64,000 nucleotides of DNA from an uncultured candidate division Zixibacteria bacterium (GTDB lineage Bacteria > Zixibacteria > MSB-5A5 > GN15 > FEB-12), in NCBI GenBank assembly GCA_963664195.1, contig OY760907.1, positions 1,120,001 through 1,184,000 of the forward strand, written 5' to 3'. The notes under the pieces were generated by a model. That model searched no databases. It was not told the DNA's origin and worked only from the letters and a program-made list of their open reading frames with translations. The position numbers and the translations under genes are program-made. Positions 57,788 to 64,000 of the stretch are shown here, one piece after another (positions within the stretch are counted from its first letter, which is position 1; every line of letters begins with the position of its first letter).

Positions 57788-58153
57788 CTACTCGCTGATC
57801 TCCCGTCGATATGACTCCCGGTGAATATCCGATATCTGCACGGTGATACTGCACTTGAGCTTCTCCAAAGAGCGCGGATATGCGGTCTTCAGGAAGGCCA
57901 GCGCCCTCTCGGCCAGCGATTGCTTGATTTCATCTGCGCGACCGCTCAATATGCAGATATTCAGCGTAACGAAACAGCCGGATAGCTCACCGTCCCCGAC
58001 AACGTACTGATCGTGCACGATCACGCGGCTCTTGATGTCGTTCCGCTGGAACAGACCGGTCTCCATGAGGATGTCATGAATGCCGAGCAGCAGTGACCGT
58101 ACGTCGGGATTATCTATGATATTGTTCGAATGCTCGAGAATACAATGCGGCAT
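57788..58153 (-). CDS. 5-carboxymethyl-2-hydroxymuconate isomerase family (tautomerase)
   Basis: N-terminal Pro (MPHCILEHS.N), IKSR, GR..E.K. Confidence 0.85.
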   Translation of the reverse strand: MPHCILEHSNNIIDNPDVRSLLLGIHDILMETGLFQRNDIKSRVIVHDQYVVGDGELSGCFVTLNICILSGRADEIKQSLAERALAFLKTAYPRSLEKLKCSITVQISDIHRESYRREISE

Positions 58154-58358
58154 GGTGTGCACCTCCTTTCAAGGGCAAAGCCTGCCTCCTCCCTTCACTC
58201 ATGGATAGGTACTCCACCGCAGAAAAGCAAGTCCGGACAGCACCCCGGTGACGGATCGCCGCAGACTGAATCTGAATTGTTATTGACACGCCGGCGACCG
58301 GTTCGTATTGATTCGCATTATAATCTCCCTCATTTATGTGAGATTATCGGGTCACGGA

Positions 58359-59672
58359 ATGCCTATGAAGCAGTCGACATCATTGGAGTCCAACGCTCCC
58401 GGAACAGGCGAGGAAATGTACAGTCTCGCCAGGCGACTATTCCCTATCTGCCGGAGTCTGACAGGCGATGGAGTACGTGAAACGCTGTCGATTTTGCGGG
58501 AGATCATTCCGATTGAAACGCACGAGGTGCCATCGGGAACTCAGGCATTCGACTGGGAAATACCGCCGGAATGGAATATCAGGGATGCCTACATTAAGGA
58601 TGATACGGGCAAGCGAGTGGTCGATTTTGCCGAGTCTAACCTGCACGTGGTCGGCTACTCGATACCTTTCGAGGGACGTTTGTCTCTTCAGGAGTTAAAC
58701 GAACATCTCTATTCCCTCCCTGAACAGCCCGATCTGATTCCGTACATCACCAGCTACTACTCGCCAAGGTGGGGTTTCTGCTTGACGCACCGGCAGAGAG
58801 AGACCCTGGCCGAAGGCACGTACGAAGTGTGTGTAGACTCAACGCTTGAACCTGGTTCGCTGACCTACGCTGACCTTCTTATCAAAGGGTCCTCAGACCG
58901 GCAGATACTCATTTCGACCTACGTCTGCCATCCTTCTATGGCCAACAACGAGCTCTCCGGTCCGATAGTAGCGACGTTTCTGGCCAGACAGTTGCTAGAG
59001 TTGAAAAATCTCCGGTATAGCTACCGATTTGTGTTCGCACCGGAAACGATTGGCTCTATCGTATATCTAAGCAAACATCTCGAAGAACTCAGAGAGAAGG
59101 TCATTGCAGGCTATGTGGTTACCTGCGCCGGAGATCCCGGTCCCTTCTCCTATCTCCAGACCCCAAACGGCGACTCACTGGTCGACAAGGTAACCAAACA
59201 CGTGCTGGAGAACAGCGGTGAAGAGTACATGCTATATGACTTCCTCACGCGTGGCAGCGACGAGCGTCAGTACTGCTCACCGGGAGTGAATCTCCCCATC
59301 GGGTCGCTCATGCGTACGAAATACGGAGAATACCCGTACCACACGTCGGGGGATAACCTGTCGTTTGTCACGGCTGGAGGTCTCGCCGGATCATTGGCTC
59401 TATACGGCCGCTGTCTTGAAACGATTGAGCAAAATGCCACCTATCGCGTTACCGTCTGCGGTGAACCACAACTGAGTAAGCGGGGTCTGTACCCCACGCT
59501 CAGCACCAAGGAATCGGGCAAACTGGTACGCCGCATGATGAACCTGTTGGCTTTCAGCGACGGCTCACGGGATTTGCTGAGCGTTGCCGAGCGCATTGGA
59601 GAGCCGGTCTGGGAACTGTTCCCGATAGTTGACCGGATGCTGGAACACGACCTGTTGGAACGGGTTGACTAG
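58359..59672 (+). CDS. DUF4910 (M28 aminopeptidase-like, DUF2172 + C-terminal wHTH) protein
   Basis: LFPI.RSLTG.G.R.TL, NLHVVGYS.P, IPY.TSYY...WGFC, CHPSMANNELSG, PETIG, GSDERQYCSPG, YHTS.D. Confidence 0.9.
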   Translation: MPMKQSTSLESNAPGTGEEMYSLARRLFPICRSLTGDGVRETLSILREIIPIETHEVPSGTQAFDWEIPPEWNIRDAYIKDDTGKRVVDFAESNLHVVGYSIPFEGRLSLQELNEHLYSLPEQPDLIPYITSYYSPRWGFCLTHRQRETLAEGTYEVCVDSTLEPGSLTYADLLIKGSSDRQILISTYVCHPSMANNELSGPIVATFLARQLLELKNLRYSYRFVFAPETIGSIVYLSKHLEELREKVIAGYVVTCAGDPGPFSYLQTPNGDSLVDKVTKHVLENSGEEYMLYDFLTRGSDERQYCSPGVNLPIGSLMRTKYGEYPYHTSGDNLSFVTAGGLAGSLALYGRCLETIEQNATYRVTVCGEPQLSKRGLYPTLSTKESGKLVRRMMNLLAFSDGSRDLLSVAERIGEPVWELFPIVDRMLEHDLLERVD

Positions 59673-59706
59673 AAAGAGACCTAATTCGAACCGAGGAGAT
59701 ACGGCG

Positions 59707-59943
59707 GTGACAAACGCAACCGATCTGGTTATAGATAGTATCAAGGAAGTAATGCAGCAGAATGATCTGGAGGAATCGCCGCTCACACCCGATACGGCCA
59801 TCCTGAACGACACTTCTCTGGATTCTCTGGCACTGGCAGAACTGCTCATTGTCCTGGAGGGAAAAACGCAGATAGATCCCTTTGCCAACGGATTCATCAA
59901 TTTTCGGACAATCGAAGAACTCGCCAGGCTCTATGAACAGTGA
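59707..59943 (+). CDS. Acyl carrier protein
   Basis: LDSLALAEL; DPF; RT..ELA.LY; GAGGAG RBS before GTG. Confidence 0.88.
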   Translation: MTNATDLVIDSIKEVMQQNDLEESPLTPDTAILNDTSLDSLALAELLIVLEGKTQIDPFANGFINFRTIEELARLYEQ

Positions 59944-61210
59944 CCCGACGGTTTTTCTTATCGATGAGCAACCGATCAGCCGGACAGAGTTCGATTCTCT
60001 TCTCAGTCGATTCTCACCGTTGTTCGCACGACATCGTAGAATCCTCATACACACCGGCGCCCCCCTGGAGCTGTGCCTGGCGCTTGTTCTGTCCCGCGAT
60101 CTAAAACGCGAGCTGTATTTCTGCCATTCATACAGCTCCGACAAACAGGTGCAAACCTTGCACGACGCTCACGAAATCGACCTGCTGTTGCGCGACGGCT
60201 GGACGGAAGATCGGACACGATCTACAGCCGAGCACGAACCGTCAGCCGCAATAGACTCCGGTTGCCTGTACGTTTTCACCTCCGGTACCACCGGCGAGCC
60301 AAAAATCGCCCGACACCCCTGGTCCACAATACAGCATTCGGCGGCGTACGCCGGAGATCGATTCTCAGGATGCATATGGATGATGACCTACTCTCCTACC
60401 AGTTACGCTGGCCTCCAGGTTTTCTTCTCCGCCTACAACAACAGCGGCACCATCTATTACCCGCCGTCCGGTTTTGAACCGATTGCGCGTGGAATGTCTG
60501 CTCACAACATTGAAATCGTCAGCGGCACCCCCACATTCTGGCGCCTGCTGATCAACTCGTGGCCAGAAGATGCTGTCCGACCAAGACTCCGGCAGATTAC
60601 GCTGGGAGGTGAAGTCGTCGACCAGACCATTCTCGACAGCATCAAATCGTTCTTCTCACCTGAGAGAATCACCCATATCTACGCGTCAACCGAGGCCGGC
60701 ACGGCTGTGGTTGTGTCCGACGGTCAGGCCGGTTTTCCGCAGGAGTTTCTCGACCGCAACAAAGAAGTGCGACTGCGCATTGTCGAGGGCATTCTTCAGG
60801 TAAAGACTCCCGCACGCATGTCTGGATATGTAGGCAGGGAAGCGTCGGTAATCAACGACGGTTGGCTCATCACCGGTGACGCGGTTGACATACGCGACGG
60901 GCGGGTATACATCCTCGGACGCGAGGACGGGATGATAAATGTGGGAGGCCAGAAGGTTCTGCCCGAGGAAGTAGAAACAGCGCTCCAATCTCTCGACGAG
61001 ATTGTTCACTGTCGGGCATTCGCCAGACCTAATCCGATCACGGGGGCGGTCGTAGGTGCCGAGGTTGTCCTTGCCGAAGGCTGCACTTTCGACCCACGCG
61101 GCATCAAGCGACGTTTGCGCCCGCTCTTGGCCGATTATAAAATCCCGCGCAATCTTGTAGCAGTATCGCATATTGAGGCAACTCCACATGGAAAAACAAA
61201 TCGACAATAA
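59933..61210 (+). CDS. AMP-dependent acyl ligase (adenylation enzyme)
   Basis: FTSGTTGEPK, LGGE, YASTEAG, TGD, GR.D..INVGG.KV.PEEVE, YK.PR, GK. Confidence 0.9.
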   Translation: MNSDPTVFLIDEQPISRTEFDSLLSRFSPLFARHRRILIHTGAPLELCLALVLSRDLKRELYFCHSYSSDKQVQTLHDAHEIDLLLRDGWTEDRTRSTAEHEPSAAIDSGCLYVFTSGTTGEPKIARHPWSTIQHSAAYAGDRFSGCIWMMTYSPTSYAGLQVFFSAYNNSGTIYYPPSGFEPIARGMSAHNIEIVSGTPTFWRLLINSWPEDAVRPRLRQITLGGEVVDQTILDSIKSFFSPERITHIYASTEAGTAVVVSDGQAGFPQEFLDRNKEVRLRIVEGILQVKTPARMSGYVGREASVINDGWLITGDAVDIRDGRVYILGREDGMINVGGQKVLPEEVETALQSLDEIVHCRAFARPNPITGAVVGAEVVLAEGCTFDPRGIKRRLRPLLADYKIPRNLVAVSHIEATPHGKTNRQ

Positions 61211-61940
61211 CGGCCGTCACATAATCGTTTCCGGCGGATCACGAGGGATGGGGCTGGAGTTCTGCCGGTCACTGCTTGATAACGGTTACAACGTCTCCAC
61301 ATTCAGCCGCAACCGCACAGACGGCGTTGACAAACTGGTTCGGCAATTCGGATCGGACCGGTTGCTGTTTGAAGAAGCCGACATTTCATCGACCGAATCC
61401 ACCAAAGCATTTGTCAGCAGCGCTATCGCCGCGTTCGGATCGATTTACGGACTTGTCAATAATGCAGCCGTAGCACGTGACGGCATTTTTGCCTCGCTCC
61501 CGGAAGTGGAAATCTCTCGCATGATCTCCGTCAATCTTGAGGGCACTCTCTTTCTGACACGACACTGCCTTCGCAATATGCTTACCGGACCAAAGGGAGG
61601 ACGGCTCGTCAACATCAGCTCGATAGTTGGCTCGCGTGGTTACAACGGATTGGCCGTCTATTCGGCGACCAAGGCCGCTCTCGACGGTTTCACTCGCAGC
61701 ATGTCACGCGAGTTAGGACGGAGACAGATTACCGTCAACTCCATCGCCCCGGGATATATGGAAACCGATATGTCAGCCGGACTCCGGGATGCAGGACTCG
61801 AGCAAATTGTACGCCGCACGCCCATGGGACGCCTGGCCGAGCCGAAGGACATAGCCCCGTTGCTGTTATTCTTGCTCTCCGACGGAGCAGCCTTCATAAC
61901 CGGACAGACGATCATTGTGGATGGCGGCATCACCGCCTAG
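61188..61940 (+). CDS. FabG-like 3-oxoacyl-ACP reductase (SDR)
   Basis: SGGSRGMG, NNAA, NISS, YSATK, VN.IAPG.METDM, ITGQ...VDGG. Confidence 0.9.
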   Translation: MEKQIDNNGRHIIVSGGSRGMGLEFCRSLLDNGYNVSTFSRNRTDGVDKLVRQFGSDRLLFEEADISSTESTKAFVSSAIAAFGSIYGLVNNAAVARDGIFASLPEVEISRMISVNLEGTLFLTRHCLRNMLTGPKGGRLVNISSIVGSRGYNGLAVYSATKAALDGFTRSMSRELGRRQITVNSIAPGYMETDMSAGLRDAGLEQIVRRTPMGRLAEPKDIAPLLLFLLSDGAAFITGQTIIVDGGITA

Positions 61941-61951
61941 GAGACGGGCTC

Positions 61952-62797
61952 ATGTCGATTTTTGTTTCCAAAGACAAACTCAGGGGTCAATTGACCGCCG
62001 TGGCGTCTGAATGCAAACCCGGGCCGGTAATTGTCCATTCCGACCTGCTCAAGGTTGGCATCATCGACAGAATGAAACTTAGAGAAAAGATATGCCGGGA
62101 TTACGAAGACCTGCTCCTGGACGTATTTGCAGGACGGGAACTGCTCATCCCTACCTTCAACTATGACTTCTGCCGAAACGGTGAGTACGATCTGGCGACA
62201 TCTCCGGGACAGGTCGGTGCATTTTCCGAATACATGACCAAACGTCACTCTCATCTCAGAACACGTACGCCCGTCTTCAACTTCTGCATCTTCAACAACC
62301 AGAGATTCAACCGCGACGAGGTAGTGAATCCTTTTGGCGAGGATTCCGCATTTGGGAAAGTTCGATCTCTGGGAGGCTCGGTCATTTTTCTCGGCGCCTC
62401 TTTTGACTCCAACACGTTTCTGCATTTTGTCGAAGAATCAGTACCGATCGGCTATCGATATCTCAAAAAGTTCAAGGGCTGTATCTCTGAGGACGGCAAA
62501 GACTCTCCCTGGCAAATCGACTACCGTGTGCGCCCCCTCGAAAGCGGCGCCGTTGATTACGACTGGGAGAGGATTCAGGCAAACTTGAGAGAAGAGGGGA
62601 TATTGAACGAAGCCCCGGCCGGCCATGGTCGCGTTCTCTGGTACAACTCTGGCGACCTTTTCGATTTCTGGATTGATAATATGCGTGCCGAACCGCTGTA
62701 TCTCCTCACCGACAACTCACGCCGAATAACTCGGGACCTCTACAAACGTCACGGCGAACCGCTCACCTTGGAAAAGGTCGAACAGCGGGGAGCGTGA
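61952..62797 (+). CDS. AAC(3)/YokD/FrbF-family N-acyltransferase
   Basis: VIVHS.L, LIPTFNYDFC, G.FSE, FG.DS.F, FLG.....NTFLHFVEE...I.YRY.K.F.G. Confidence 0.88.
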   Translation: MSIFVSKDKLRGQLTAVASECKPGPVIVHSDLLKVGIIDRMKLREKICRDYEDLLLDVFAGRELLIPTFNYDFCRNGEYDLATSPGQVGAFSEYMTKRHSHLRTRTPVFNFCIFNNQRFNRDEVVNPFGEDSAFGKVRSLGGSVIFLGASFDSNTFLHFVEESVPIGYRYLKKFKGCISEDGKDSPWQIDYRVRPLESGAVDYDWERIQANLREEGILNEAPAGHGRVLWYNSGDLFDFWIDNMRAEPLYLLTDNSRRITRDLYKRHGEPLTLEKVEQRGA

Positions 62798-62909
62798 ACG
62801 GCGATTTGGTTGAAATCGGGAGCGTCAGGGGTGAAACCGACGGGAGGAAACGCCTGACGCTCACAATTCTTAATCGTCGTACGCGCGGCTGGCTGTGCCA
62901 CAAACGGCC

Positions 62910-63068
62910 CTACGTGCCCTTCTTCTCGCGCCCGGCTTCCCTCAAAGCCTTGCGGAGCAAGAACTCGATGTGCCCGTTCAGGCTCCGAAACTCATCGTCG
63001 GCCCAGAGCTGCAGACGGCGCAGCACCTCCGGGTCGACTCTGATCAAGAAAGGTTTCTTCTTGGCCAC
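62910..63068 (-). CDS. Arc-like ribbon-helix-helix DNA-binding protein (52 aa, below ORF-track cut-off)
   Basis: Manual translation MAKKKPFLIRVDPEVLRRLQLWADDEFRSLNGHIEFLLRKALREAGREKKGT; GTG 2 nt after the SPFH stop. Confidence 0.88.
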   Translation of the reverse strand: MAKKKPFLIRVDPEVLRRLQLWADDEFRSLNGHIEFLLRKALREAGREKKGT

Positions 63069-63070
63069 GA

Positions 63071-63928
63071 CTACTGATACAGCGTGCCGGTATTAATCAC
63101 CGGCTGTGATGAAGTCTCACCGCACAGGACCACCAGCAGGTTGGACACCATCGCCGCCTTCCGTTCGTTGTCCAGTTCGATGATTTCCTTCTCCGACAGC
63201 GATGCGAGCGCCATCTCTACCATACCAACCGCCCCCTCGACAATTAACGTCCGGGCCGCTACAATTGCGCCTGCCTGCTGACGACGAAGCATCGCTTCAG
63301 CTATCTCCTGAGCGTATGCCAGATGGCTGATACGGGCCTCAATCACTTCGACTCCCGCCTTGTCCAGACGGTCGCGGGTCTCATTACGAAGCTGATCGGA
63401 TATTGCTATCGTGCTGCCACGGAGCGAGATTGTGTTTTCATCGTGGGTGTCGTACGGATGACAGGTTGCCATATTCCTGACCGCCGCCTCGCTCTGGATC
63501 TTGACGTACTCCTCGTAGTCGTCGACCTCAAAGCAAGCCTCCGCCGTGTCGACCACTTTCCAGACAACGATTGCCGCTATCTCAATCGGGTTGCCATCGA
63601 TATCGTTGACTTTCATACGTCCGGTTTCAAAATTACGAACACGCTGCGACACACGTCGCTTCATATAGAGCGGGTTAGCCCACTGAAGCCCGGGAGTCTT
63701 GACCGTACCAACATATTTGCCAAACAACTGGAGCACTTTTGCCTCGTTCGGGTTGACCAAAAACAGCCCGAAGAATAGAAAGATGTTCACCAGAAGCCAG
63801 ACGGCGGCCACGATCTTGACCACCGGCGGCAAGAGGATGATTGCTGCAATTCCGGCCAGAAACAGGATGAATAGAACCGTCAGGTATCCCCATCCCGAAG
63901 CTACTTTGCGTTCACGTTCCTTAATCAT
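63071..63928 (-). CDS. SPFH/band 7 family membrane protein
   Basis: 2 N-terminal TM; FGKY.GT, KVND..GNPIEIAA.VVW.V, HLAYA.EIA.AMLRRQQA, MVSNLLVVLC. Confidence 0.92.
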   Translation of the reverse strand: MIKERERKVASGWGYLTVLFILFLAGIAAIILLPPVVKIVAAVWLLVNIFLFFGLFLVNPNEAKVLQLFGKYVGTVKTPGLQWANPLYMKRRVSQRVRNFETGRMKVNDIDGNPIEIAAIVVWKVVDTAEACFEVDDYEEYVKIQSEAAVRNMATCHPYDTHDENTISLRGSTIAISDQLRNETRDRLDKAGVEVIEARISHLAYAQEIAEAMLRRQQAGAIVAARTLIVEGAVGMVEMALASLSEKEIIELDNERKAAMVSNLLVVLCGETSSQPVINTGTLYQ

Positions 63929-63946
63929 GGACTTCTCCTTTCAGAA

Positions 63947-63967
63947 GTGATATCGTATTGATATTAC
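63947..63967. promoter_or_regulatory. Palindromic operator upstream of the SPFH-RHH operon
   Basis: GTGATATC-gtatt-GATATTAC (1 mismatch). Confidence 0.6.
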
Positions 63968-64000
63968 GACGATAGCACCTGGAAGATTCGAAGGAAAGTG

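Noticed and set aside
61952..62797. Aminoglycoside resistance gene aac(3)
   Set aside because: Same fold, but it is embedded in an ACP/ligase/SDR biosynthetic operon with no mobile-element context; a biosynthetic acyltransferase is more plausible

Overview
A gene-dense 64 kb bacterial chromosomal segment with about 64 CDS and GC roughly mid-50s % by eye (not computed). I saw no rRNA, tRNA, CRISPR array, transposase or prophage. The organism is a diderm (kdsA/kdsC/kdsD, lipoproteins, OmpA). A Por/T9SS-like C-terminal domain plus a dockerin-tailed secreted protein point to an FCB-group lineage such as candidate phylum Zixibacteria (inference). The window is dominated by dispersed cell-surface glycan and display modules: Kdo synthesis; an epimerase + DegT aminotransferase pair; DprE1/DprE2-like and UbiA-like (polyprenyl-phospho-arabinose) genes; gmd-rmd-UDP-sugar dehydrogenase; exosortase-EpsI; an ACP-FkbH-deacetylase-like-GNAT-like operon; and a DUF4910-ACP-adenylate ligase-SDR-AAC(3) operon. 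Signalling genes include a HEAT/HD-GYP pair, YfiR with a divergent MCP, and CheY-CheX. Also present are archease-RtcB, redox/stress genes and a type III PKS. Best novelty candidates: (1) a linker-histone-H1-like tripartite basic protein with TPKK motifs behind a sigma28-like promoter; (2) two ACP-based operons resembling a split amino-sugar acylation pathway, plus a mycobacterial-type arabinofuranose donor pathway tied to an exosortase; (3) a cNMP-domain-aspartase fusion; (4) a YfiR sensor module apparently rewired to a chemoreceptor; (5) a rubredoxin-fused stand-alone glutamate-synthase FMN domain co-transcribed with rubrerythrin. All calls come from motif recognition by eye; no database searches were run.
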